A DNA stretch of 53,246 nucleotides from positions 1 through 53,246 of the IMG/VR virus record IMGVR_UViG_3300042945_002100; one strand, given 5' to 3'. Made by a program: the position numbers and the translations under genes. The notes beneath the pieces were generated by a model. It had not been told where the DNA came from, ran no database searches, and was given only the letters and a program-made list of their open reading frames with translations. Below, one piece after another: positions 36,411 through 43,535 of this stretch (within the stretch, counting starts at the first letter, position 1; each line of letters starts with the position of its first letter). Source of the DNA: a virus. Taxonomy: Duplodnaviria > Caudoviricetes.

Positions 36411-36770
36411 TCAAGAAAGCCGCAGCAAATACTTGGTCTGATTGATGACAGCAAGCATTTCGTCCCGAATGTTTAAAAGATCGGAATCGCCCTCTTTGCA
36501 AATTAGCGGCAACTCATTTGTCAAATAAGCAATGTAAGAATCCATGAGAGCCATGACATTCGAATCCTTGTAATTCGATGCCGTAAATTGAAAATTGGTC
36601 TTTGCTAGGGTGTTGCCGTACTTACCAGAGTGAACCTCAACGAATTGGTCAATAAGATCATCCAATGCGTCATAAGCCTTGCCAAGAGCCTGATGCTCCG
36701 CATAGGACTTGGTTTGCCAATGGAGGATACGAAGTTGTGCCTGAATTGTGAGGAATGTGCTGATGTGCAT
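36411..36770 (-). CDS. Ferritin/Dps-like four-helix protein (DUF5856-like)
   Basis: LHWQTKSYAEHQALGKAYD..DQFVE..DLLNIRDEML..KYLLRL; CTAAATA at 36790-36796. Confidence 0.75.
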   Translation of the reverse strand: MHISTFLTIQAQLRILHWQTKSYAEHQALGKAYDALDDLIDQFVEVHSGKYGNTLAKTNFQFTASNYKDSNVMALMDSYIAYLTNELPLICKEGDSDLLNIRDEMLAVINQTKYLLRLS

Positions 36771-36824
36771 GGTTAGTCTCCTAGAGTTTTATTTAGGATA
36801 GAAACACCGTTTGCTGCTCAAACT

Positions 36825-37037
36825 TTAAGAATTCTCAGTCAAGTACTTGCGCTGCTCGTTTACTTCATTTCTTGCATTTTCAAGAACCCTTCGTTCAGCA
36901 TCATCATAGCCCGTGAGATATTCCCGATCATAGGCAGTCTTTGAAAATCCAAACTTTGACTCTGCCTTATTGGGAAGACCGCTCATGCGATCATTGAATC
37001 CATCCTTGTAACCTTGACCTGGTGTGTAGTTGCTCAT
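36825..37037 (-). CDS. Small hypothetical protein (weakly RMF-like GY.DG...Y..GY pattern)
   Basis: AAGGA RBS; GYKDGFND..REYLTGYDDA. Confidence 0.55.
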   Translation of the reverse strand: MSNYTPGQGYKDGFNDRMSGLPNKAESKFGFSKTAYDREYLTGYDDAERRVLENARNEVNEQRKYLTENS

Positions 37038-37045
37038 GACTTTCC

Positions 37046-38038
37046 TTAATAGATGACTGCACCGCAATCAAGCATGGCACAGTCGGAATCAAACATTCTT
37101 CGTGCAAGCATCTGCATATTATATTCGGGCTTCCAACCAAGCAAAGTCCGCGCTTTGGTGGAGTCTCCGAGTAGGTATGGAACCTCGTTTGGACGCATCA
37201 AGCGAGGATCAATCTTGACATAGTTGTGCCAATCTCCAAGTCCTGCATAGGTGAACACTTCTGCGAGGAATTGTTCAACGCTGTAGGTTTCGCCTGTCGA
37301 AATCACATAATCGTCAGGCTTGTCCTGCTGTAGCATGAGCCACATTGCATTGACATAATCCTTGGCATGTCCCCAATCTCGCTTTGCATCAAGGTTGCCA
37401 AGGCGCAAGTCCTTCTGTAACCCCTTCTTGATTTTTGCCGCTGCCATCGTGATCTTGCGAGTGACAAATGTTTCGCCACGGCGTGGACTTTCGTGATTGA
37501 AGAGAATACCCGAAGACAGGTGAAGACCATAAGCCTTGCGGTATACTCCAACCATTTGATGGGCATACAACTTGGCTACTGCGTATGGGGAAACAGGCAT
37601 CATCCTGCTGTTCTCGTTGTAGCCCTTTTCCGTGTAGTCGGTGCTGTCACCGAACATTTCAGACGAGGATGCCTGATACATTCGTGTGGTCGGGGAGACA
37701 TTCTTGATTGCATTCAGGATGTTGAGAGTTCCACGGCAGATGCCGTCAGAGGTATAATCAGGAATTTCAAATGAAACTGCGACATGACTCTGTGCAGCAA
37801 GATTGTAGACTTCATCGATCTTTTCTTCCTTGAAAATGTGATTGATGAAGTAGGCATCGTGCAGATCATAATATTTCACGGAAAAATTTGGATTTTCCAT
37901 CAGATGATCGATGCGCCCCGTGCTGATTGTCGATGTCCTGCGTTTGAGACCAATGACTCGGTATCCTTTCTCTAGCAGAAGTTCTGCCAAATAGGAACCG
38001 TCTTGACCATTTACCCCCGTGATCATTGCTGTTTTCAT
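37046..38038 (-). CDS. gmd: GDP-mannose 4,6-dehydratase
   Basis: ITGVNGQDGSYLAELLL, NLAAQSHVAVSF, YQASSSEMFG, PYAVAK, LFNHESPRRGETFVTRKI, RDWGHAKDY. Confidence 0.96.
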   Translation of the reverse strand: MKTAMITGVNGQDGSYLAELLLEKGYRVIGLKRRTSTISTGRIDHLMENPNFSVKYYDLHDAYFINHIFKEEKIDEVYNLAAQSHVAVSFEIPDYTSDGICRGTLNILNAIKNVSPTTRMYQASSSEMFGDSTDYTEKGYNENSRMMPVSPYAVAKLYAHQMVGVYRKAYGLHLSSGILFNHESPRRGETFVTRKITMAAAKIKKGLQKDLRLGNLDAKRDWGHAKDYVNAMWLMLQQDKPDDYVISTGETYSVEQFLAEVFTYAGLGDWHNYVKIDPRLMRPNEVPYLLGDSTKARTLLGWKPEYNMQMLARRMFDSDCAMLDCGAVIY

Positions 38039-38052
38039 AATGAAATCGCCTT

Positions 38053-38580
38053 TCAATAACCAAGTTTCTTTAGTTGTCGAATTGTGTCCTCTGCACTCTT
38101 ATGCAGAATGCCAATACCACCTTTTGCTTCCCATTCTTTGATGTTTGGTTCATAATCATCGATTAGAATATTGGGAATGCCGTTTTTCTTGGCAAAATTC
38201 TGCTTGTCCTTGCGAAGCACCAAGTTTATTTCTGTTGGAAAAGGACTCATGTTTGTCTTAATCCAGTGCATCTTATCTTGCTTAGATGTGAACTGCCATG
38301 ACTTTGTGTGTGCAGAAAGTATATGTGCCCCATGCTTGGATACATAGGCCCACAGCCGCTTTCCATCTGCCATCCAAGGAAGATTGGCAAATAAATTAGG
38401 ATGTTCTACATCAAACTTCTTTTTGTTTTTTTCAAGCCATATTTCGAATTCTTTCGGCTTGATTCTTGGAATTCCTGCGAGTTTTGTCATTCCACCGATG
38501 ATGTCAACGAGAACACCGTCCATATCACAGAAAATGATACCCTGCGGGGTTTCGGTGATGTGAATGTCGAAATTCTTCAT
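38053..38580 (-). CDS. HAD-family 5'(3')-deoxyribonucleotidase-like protein
   Basis: IFCDMDGVLVD, LPWMADG, ILIDDYEPNIKEWEAKGGIGILH. Confidence 0.85.
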   Translation of the reverse strand: MKNFDIHITETPQGIIFCDMDGVLVDIIGGMTKLAGIPRIKPKEFEIWLEKNKKKFDVEHPNLFANLPWMADGKRLWAYVSKHGAHILSAHTKSWQFTSKQDKMHWIKTNMSPFPTEINLVLRKDKQNFAKKNGIPNILIDDYEPNIKEWEAKGGIGILHKSAEDTIRQLKKLGY

Positions 38581-38586
38581 TGCTCT

Positions 38587-38931
38587 TTATGTAGTCGGTG
38601 GTTCATTGCCAGTATTTCCTTTGACATCGGGATCGCTGTGAAATTCCACTCCTTCAACCTTAGTAAATGTCACGGCGTAGTCGATTGCTCTTTTCCAAAG
38701 TTCGGGATTTACTTCTTTTACATATTCACTGAATTTGAATCCAAATTCAATCAATGCCGTGCGAAAAAGAATGTCTTCTTCCGTGTCTTCCGTCAGAGGA
38801 AATTCTCCTGCATCATAAAGATCCTCTTCATCCCAATCCTCAGAGTCGTCTTCGTCTTCTTCCGAATCCATCTCATCTTCGATGTCTTCATCATCGTCAT
38901 CGGGATTCCACTCTGTATTGTATTCAGGCAT
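38587..38931 (-). CDS. Highly acidic hypothetical protein
   Basis: N-terminal about 55 aa dominated by D/E. Confidence 0.6.
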   Translation of the reverse strand: MPEYNTEWNPDDDDEDIEDEMDSEEDEDDSEDWDEEDLYDAGEFPLTEDTEEDILFRTALIEFGFKFSEYVKEVNPELWKRAIDYAVTFTKVEGVEFHSDPDVKGNTGNEPPTT

Positions 38932-38935
38932 AAAA

Positions 38936-39006
38936 TTCTCCCGCTAGGATTCGAACCTAGACCAAGAGGATCAAAACCTCTTGTGCTACCGTTACACTAC
39001 AGGAGA
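38936..39006 (-). tRNA. tRNA-Gln(TTG)
   Basis: Cloverleaf; AGAGG-TTTTGAT-CCTCT anticodon arm; TTCGAAT T-loop; CCA not encoded. Confidence 0.92.
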
Positions 39007-39081
39007 GAATTACTTCTATCCTGCATTTTGTTGCGAGTTGTCCCGTTCTTGCTTCAGAGCGAACATCCTTTCAGGCAACGG

Positions 39082-39088
39082 TATTTAT
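39082..39088 (-). promoter_or_regulatory. Late promoter inside the tRNA cluster
   Basis: ATAAATA on the minus strand just 3' of tRNA-Lys. Confidence 0.5.
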
Positions 39089-39091
39089 CAA

Positions 39092-39164
39092 TGCTCTCGG
39101 CGGGACTTGAACCCGCAACCAATTGATTAAAAGTCAACTGCGCTACCAATTGCGCTACGAGAGC
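39092..39164 (-). tRNA. tRNA-Lys(TTT)
   Basis: GCTCTCG/CGAGAGC acceptor; CTTTTAA loop. Confidence 0.94.
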
Positions 39165-39196
39165 GTAAGAAATTAATTCTAGGCTGTTTTGGTTAG

Positions 39197-39270
39197 CGTC
39201 CCTGGGTGGATTCGAACCACCGACTTATTGCTTAGAAGGCAATTACTCTATCCAACTGAGTTACAGGGAC
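39197..39270 (-). tRNA. tRNA-Arg(TCT)
   Basis: GTCCCTG/CAGGGAC acceptor; CTTCTAA loop. Confidence 0.94.
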
Positions 39271-39272
39271 AA

Positions 39273-39415
39273 AGCGTGATGAGGGACTTGAACCCTTCGG
39301 CGTTGAGAGGTTGAGGAATACGATCCTCGCTTACCCATGTTTGGAACCTCCTTTGCCTTACTCAGTCATCGCTGATCAGCCGATGACTCTAGACCGCTTG
39401 GTTACGGTATCACGC
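39273..39415 (-). ncRNA. tRNA-like RNA (143 nt) with long central stem and large branched extra region
   Basis: GCGTGAT/ATCACGC acceptor, ACCG/CGGT arm, AGTCATCG/CGATGACT stem, AGGG-TTCAAGT-CCCT T-arm. Confidence 0.7.
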
Positions 39416-39426
39416 AAATGCTCTCT

Positions 39427-39762
39427 TCATTTTTGAAATTGAGACTCAATCTTTTCCCGCGAAATCATGATGATTGAATCACAACGAAATGATCTCCATG
39501 CATTCTTTTCCAAGTCCCATACAACAACATGGTCATCGCTTTCGGTGATTCCCGTCTTCTTCTTCGAATTCGGAGAAACGGCATCTTGCTTGGCAGGAGG
39601 CATCAGGGATGAGTTCAAGGTAGCCCACATGATTCTTTCCTCGCCATTCACCTTTCGGAACTTGACAGTACAGCCGCTTGTGCTTTCAGTAAGCATCTTC
39701 TTGAGGGCTTCCTTGTTTAACATGGGATGAAAAATCCTAGATTGCATTTCAGAAATATTCAT
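39427..39762 (-). CDS. SH3/WYL_2-like beta-barrel protein
   Basis: VKFRKVNGEERIMWATL..VVWDLEKNAWRSFRCDSI. Confidence 0.75.
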   Translation of the reverse strand: MNISEMQSRIFHPMLNKEALKKMLTESTSGCTVKFRKVNGEERIMWATLNSSLMPPAKQDAVSPNSKKKTGITESDDHVVVWDLEKNAWRSFRCDSIIMISREKIESQFQK

Positions 39763-39872
39763 TTTGGATTCCGTGCCTTTCTTGCCGATGATGCCTTCTT
39801 TGCGGAAACTGCCTTCTTTGCCGATGTTGCCTTCTTTGCGGAAACTGCCTTCTTTGGTTTCTTAATTCCCAT
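39759..39872 (-). CDS. 37-aa histone-H1-like Lys/Ala peptide (not in ORF track)
   Basis: MGIKKPKKAVSAKKATSAKKAVSAKKASSARKARNPK*; GGAGG RBS; ATGA overlap with the next gene. Confidence 0.7.
   Translation of the reverse strand: MGIKKPKKAVSAKKATSAKKAVSAKKASSARKARNPK
39773..39854. repeat. Imperfect 18-bp tandem repeat (about 4.5 copies) encoding KKAxSA
   Basis: TGCCTTCTTTGCGGAAAC and TGCCTTCTTTGCCGATGT units. Confidence 0.8.
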
Positions 39873-40287
39873 TTCCGAACAGCCTCCACTTTCTTTCAAA
39901 GGTCGGCCATCTGTCGATGTCTAGACTTGTTTCCGTAAATTCATCGCAAGAGTCATTTGGAAAATATGCACCATCGTCCCATTCAGGAGAGTTCCATGAA
40001 TCTGGTTCGACATTCCATGTTGTCTGCTCATTGTAATCGCTCATGCCAAACAGAATTTGCTGCTTGAGGGAAAAAAGAAGATCGTTTCTTTTTTCGGTGG
40101 TCTTGGCCTCCATCAATGAAATAATAGAGGCCAAGGGAATTTGTACATTCTTTGAACGAGCCAATGCAGAAATGTAATCGATGATTGCAATATAACCTTC
40201 AATTCTGGTGCATTGAATGTCGATGAGTGTCTTTTGCTTGTCAATCAAAGCACGAAGAAGTTCGTGTGAGTCGTTGGTGTGTTCCAT
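39862..40287 (-). CDS. Hypothetical protein
   Basis: ATG 8 nt after the -10 box. Confidence 0.6.
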   Translation of the reverse strand: MEHTNDSHELLRALIDKQKTLIDIQCTRIEGYIAIIDYISALARSKNVQIPLASIISLMEAKTTEKRNDLLFSLKQQILFGMSDYNEQTTWNVEPDSWNSPEWDDGAYFPNDSCDEFTETSLDIDRWPTFERKWRLFGNGN

Positions 40288-40295
40288 TGAGTCAA

Positions 40296-40324
40296 AGTAT
40301 AGAGGTAGTTTGGCGATGTGTCAA
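40296..40324 (-). promoter_or_regulatory. Sigma70-type promoter for the tRNA-containing operon
   Basis: TTGACA-N17-TATACT. Confidence 0.8.
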
Positions 40325-40327
40325 CCA

Positions 40328-40334
40328 CTAAATA
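40328..40334 (+). promoter_or_regulatory. Late promoter
   Basis: CTAAATA 5 nt before ATG 40340. Confidence 0.7.
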
Positions 40335-40339
40335 CTCAT

Positions 40340-41038
40340 ATGAAACGACTTTTGGAACATCTTTTGCAAGAAGAAGACTGTGTCAAGATTTTTGGAAAGA
40401 CCCTTTTTGGAGATTTGATTGGCGGGGAGAAAGACTTGACGCAAGAGAAGGAAATTAAAAAAGCAGTTCAACACTTCTTCAGCGACAAGTTGACTTATCG
40501 GGCTAAACCAGAATCGGTGGTCAAGGCGTTCCGTGCATTGTTAAATTGCAAGTCAAAGTTCCCCGCAGAGTTGCAGCCAAATGTGACCTTGGTCTATCGC
40601 GGCGTTAGATTGACCATGCCTGATATATTGAGAGTCAAGGATTGGAAATTCATTGATGAAACTCATCAGGAAATCACGGGAACGGGAATCTATACATCCA
40701 AGTATCCAATACAGTCGTGGTCTGCAAGTAAAATTCGTGCAGAGTTCTTTGCGATTGACTTTCCGTCTTGGAGAAGCAAGAAGTTGATTCCAACAGTGGT
40801 GGTTGCCACACCCGATAAGAGCGACATGCTTTTCAATACAGCATTCGTCACCAAATTGAAGGCTTCGTCAAGAAACACCGCAGAATACAGCAAAGAACAG
40901 GAAATCGTTCGCGTGAGCGATAAACCGATTCCCTGCCGATTCGTAATTCCTGTCCAATACATCAAGATGACAGATGGAATCACGCAGCCCGTGAAGGATC
41001 ACCTGTTGGCGACCGCAGGACTGCGTATCACGGCTTGA
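40340..41038 (+). CDS. Putative ADP-ribosyltransferase (R-S-E class)
   Basis: LVYRGV, IQSWSAS and KEQEIV in canonical order. Confidence 0.65.
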   Translation: MKRLLEHLLQEEDCVKIFGKTLFGDLIGGEKDLTQEKEIKKAVQHFFSDKLTYRAKPESVVKAFRALLNCKSKFPAELQPNVTLVYRGVRLTMPDILRVKDWKFIDETHQEITGTGIYTSKYPIQSWSASKIRAEFFAIDFPSWRSKKLIPTVVVATPDKSDMLFNTAFVTKLKASSRNTAEYSKEQEIVRVSDKPIPCRFVIPVQYIKMTDGITQPVKDHLLATAGLRITA

Positions 41039-41273
41039 GAATGTTTTTTGCCTTCGCTTGCTCTACGAGATGAGCAAATTCGGGATTGTTCCCGACAATT
41101 TCCATCGCCTTTTCAATGATTGTGGACAATTCTCGCAATGAACGAATTGCATCGTTTGCTGCGGGGTATGTGATTTCCATGAATATCTTGTTGCGTTCTG
41201 TCTTTTTCTGCATATTTGCAGCGGATTCAAGGCGGTCTGCTAGATCACGGGCGTTGAGTGTATTCATGTCCAT
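41028..41273 (-). CDS. Hypothetical protein
   Basis: AAGGAG RBS. Confidence 0.6.
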   Translation of the reverse strand: MDMNTLNARDLADRLESAANMQKKTERNKIFMEITYPAANDAIRSLRELSTIIEKAMEIVGNNPEFAHLVEQAKAKNILKP

Positions 41274-41310
41274 ACGCTCTCCTTTGTTGAATTGTCCACA
41301 TCACGAACAA

Positions 41311-41381
41311 AGCCTCCAATCAGAATTGAACTGATATCTCTTGATTACAAATCAAGGGTATTACCATTATACTATGAAGGC
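41311..41381 (-). tRNA. tRNA-Thr(TGT)
   Basis: GCCTTCA/TGGAGGC acceptor; CTTGA-TTTGTAA-TCAAG arm. Confidence 0.88.
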
Positions 41382-41386
41382 AAGAG

Positions 41387-41468
41387 TGGGAGCGGAGGGA
41401 TTCGAACCCCCGTAGCCGATGGCAGCAGATTTACAGTCTGCCCTCGTTGACCGCTTGAGTACACTCCC
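41387..41468 (-). tRNA. tRNA-Tyr(GTA)
   Basis: GCAGA-CTGTAAA-TCTGC arm; long variable arm; TTCGAAT. Confidence 0.94.
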
Positions 41469-41483
41469 GATGAACAAATCAGA

Positions 41484-41876
41484 TCAACTGTATTTGTCCC
41501 AAAGCACATAAAGAGAAAACGAAAGGACGATAATCGCGGCAGTCGATGCAATTCCACATGTAAAAGGGTGATCAAAAGCAAAGTACATTGCCTTTCGACC
41601 GCCAAAAGAAATATTGTCTTGAATTTTTTGTATCAAATTGCCCCCGTTGTTTAAGCCATGTGGAATCTTGAATTGTCCTTGAAACTCTACATTTGGAGAG
41701 TGCATCGGAAATACAACTGTCTTGCTGTTGGGAGAAAAAATCAAGGAAGTCTTATCATCGTAAACGGCAACGATCTTACCGAACTTCGGCTTCCTGTTTT
41801 TTGCGACTTTCTTGATGGCAGGAGCCTTTGCGGGCTTCTTGCTTGTGAGTTTTCGTATCTGCTTCTTTTTGCTCAT
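41484..41876 (-). CDS. Hypothetical protein, basic N-terminus and C-terminal TM helix
   Basis: AAGGA RBS. Confidence 0.6.
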   Translation of the reverse strand: MSKKKQIRKLTSKKPAKAPAIKKVAKNRKPKFGKIVAVYDDKTSLIFSPNSKTVVFPMHSPNVEFQGQFKIPHGLNNGGNLIQKIQDNISFGGRKAMYFAFDHPFTCGIASTAAIIVLSFSLYVLWDKYS

Positions 41877-41886
41877 ATGTTTCCTT

Positions 41887-42087
41887 TCAGTCCATCCATT
41901 TTCTGTGCTTAAAGAGATGCCAAAGTCGGTGAATCAGAATTGACCATCCAAGAGAAATCCACGAATGGCTTATATAATTTCCTTGTGGGCAAACCATGCA
42001 GTAAACGATCTTGTGCTTGTCTTTCGGAAAGTCCGAATCGCCAATAACCACAACGCGCTCTGCTCCCACTTTTACAGCCTTTTGCAC
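41887..42087 (-). CDS. Hypothetical protein
   Basis: GTG start just after the upstream stop. Confidence 0.5.
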   Translation of the reverse strand: MQKAVKVGAERVVVIGDSDFPKDKHKIVYCMVCPQGNYISHSWISLGWSILIHRLWHLFKHRKWMD

Positions 42088-42089
42088 GA

Positions 42090-42407
42090 TCAGCGTTCCT
42101 TCTCCAACATGTACTTTCCCAATGCACCTTCATAGCCATCGATGCCTGTGCGATCCCACTCTGCTTCACGCAGAGACTCGTTCTCAAGAACGATGGATTC
42201 GATGTGTGCGATGATCTTGCGGAAAGCCGACCGTTCCTTGTCGCTGTAGGCTTCCTTGTCGGCAATGCAGCCGTTCAGGAACTTGATCGGGTCGAACTTC
42301 TGCTCAGGCTTCTTCTTCGGCTTAGGGGTGTCCCAATCAATGTGCAGACCCTTCTTGAGTCCGTTGGCGGTGCGGGTGTTGCGGGGGCGATTCGGTGCGC
42401 TTGCCAT
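42090..42407 (-). CDS. Hypothetical protein
   Basis: AAGGA RBS before MASAPNRP. Confidence 0.6.
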   Translation of the reverse strand: MASAPNRPRNTRTANGLKKGLHIDWDTPKPKKKPEQKFDPIKFLNGCIADKEAYSDKERSAFRKIIAHIESIVLENESLREAEWDRTGIDGYEGALGKYMLEKER

Positions 42408-42524
42408 GTTTATCCTTCTTGGAAGGCTAGTTTTGCGAAAATCTGTCCTTCTCATAAGGACAGATGTTTGTATACGAAACCACCCCACGATGGGATGGCT
42501 CGGAGAGAGAGAGAAACTTATTCG

Positions 42525-42833
42525 TTATTCAGGGACAGTCTGATCGTAGTAGAACTGCCCTTCTTCGGTCAGGTTGTAGTAGGGGTTGCCCTGCTCATCC
42601 CACACGGTCACCTCAACCATCTTGCCTTCGGTCTCCGTGGGCAGGGAGGCGTTCTCCTCCATGGCTCCCATCAGCATGGAGACTGCCATGGACGGATTGT
42701 TGGTCAGCATCCACACCGCCATCTCCTGAAGAGACATGGTGGCAGGGCGATCCTTATAGGACATCCAATGATTCTCGGCTGTCTCGGTCGCAGGGGCGGG
42801 AGGGGTCAGGACGGCTGTTGCTGTCTGTTTCAT
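42525..42833 (-). CDS. Hypothetical early protein
   Basis: Downstream of a sigma70 promoter. Confidence 0.6.
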   Translation of the reverse strand: MKQTATAVLTPPAPATETAENHWMSYKDRPATMSLQEMAVWMLTNNPSMAVSMLMGAMEENASLPTETEGKMVEVTVWDEQGNPYYNLTEEGQFYYDQTVPE

Positions 42834-42852
42834 GGGTTCTCTCTACAATTGA

Positions 42853-42880
42853 ATAATACCAAATACACCGTGTTAGTCAA
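42853..42880 (-). promoter_or_regulatory. Sigma70-type promoter
   Basis: TTGACT-N16-TATTAT with TGn. Confidence 0.65.
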
Positions 42881-43068
42881 GGCACCATGCAACAAATTTC
42901 TTGTCCAAATTATTATCGGACATTTTGAATTATCCACATTCCAGTTCAAACCGTGCAAGCATTTCTTGTCGTTTTTCTTCTTGTTCTGACAAATCTTTCA
43001 GGCATTTAACAAGAAGTTCCTGAAAGTTTTTACTCTGATTTTTACATTGTTCAGAGGTTACACTCAAA

Positions 43069-43467
43069 TTATTGTGCAAATGCGTATTGCAATAACCATA
43101 CTGATGCTGCAATGTCTACCTCCGTGAATTGATGGCCTGTCCAATTTATCGCCATCTTACTTGTTCCGCTCCCGACATACAAGGCTCGTTTGGAAATTCT
43201 GTATAGTGGAGTACCCGTACTTGTTCCCTTGAAAACAACATTGTTCTTGATATTAAACAAACAGTTGCTTGTTCCCGAACCGGAAAATACCTTCCCATCG
43301 ACAACCGTAAGAAGTGTTTTCGCCGTAGAGGTTCCGAGAAAAACTTGATTCTTTCGAACATTGCACAAAGCATTTCCGGTGCTGCTCTGATCATAGAATG
43401 TATTCTCATACTTCTTGAAGAGCGGAGTGCCTGTGCCGAGACCTTTGTAGACTTGCGTGATTCCCAT
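43069..43467 (-). CDS. Beta-repeat protein (about 19-aa repeats)
   Basis: Repeats VYKGLGTGTPL, VFLGTSTAKTL, VFSGSGTSNCL, VFKGTSTGTPL, LYVGSGTSKMA. Confidence 0.65.
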   Translation of the reverse strand: MGITQVYKGLGTGTPLFKKYENTFYDQSSTGNALCNVRKNQVFLGTSTAKTLLTVVDGKVFSGSGTSNCLFNIKNNVVFKGTSTGTPLYRISKRALYVGSGTSKMAINWTGHQFTEVDIAASVWLLQYAFAQ

Positions 43468-43535
43468 GAAAATATGTATGAATGAAAAGACGGCACCTTT
43501 CGATGCCGTCTTTCGGTTTGAACTCAAACGATAAA

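Noticed and set aside
39273-39415. tRNA-Sec or ordinary tRNA-Ile call
   Set aside because: No TCA anticodon, and arm lengths plus the large insert do not fit a canonical tRNA
39773-39854. Possible CRISPR array
   Set aside because: Contiguous 18-bp coding repeats with no spacers and no cas genes
42930-43112. 60-aa minus-strand ORF
   Set aside because: Overlaps the upstream gene and has no clear start; may be real but is unsupported
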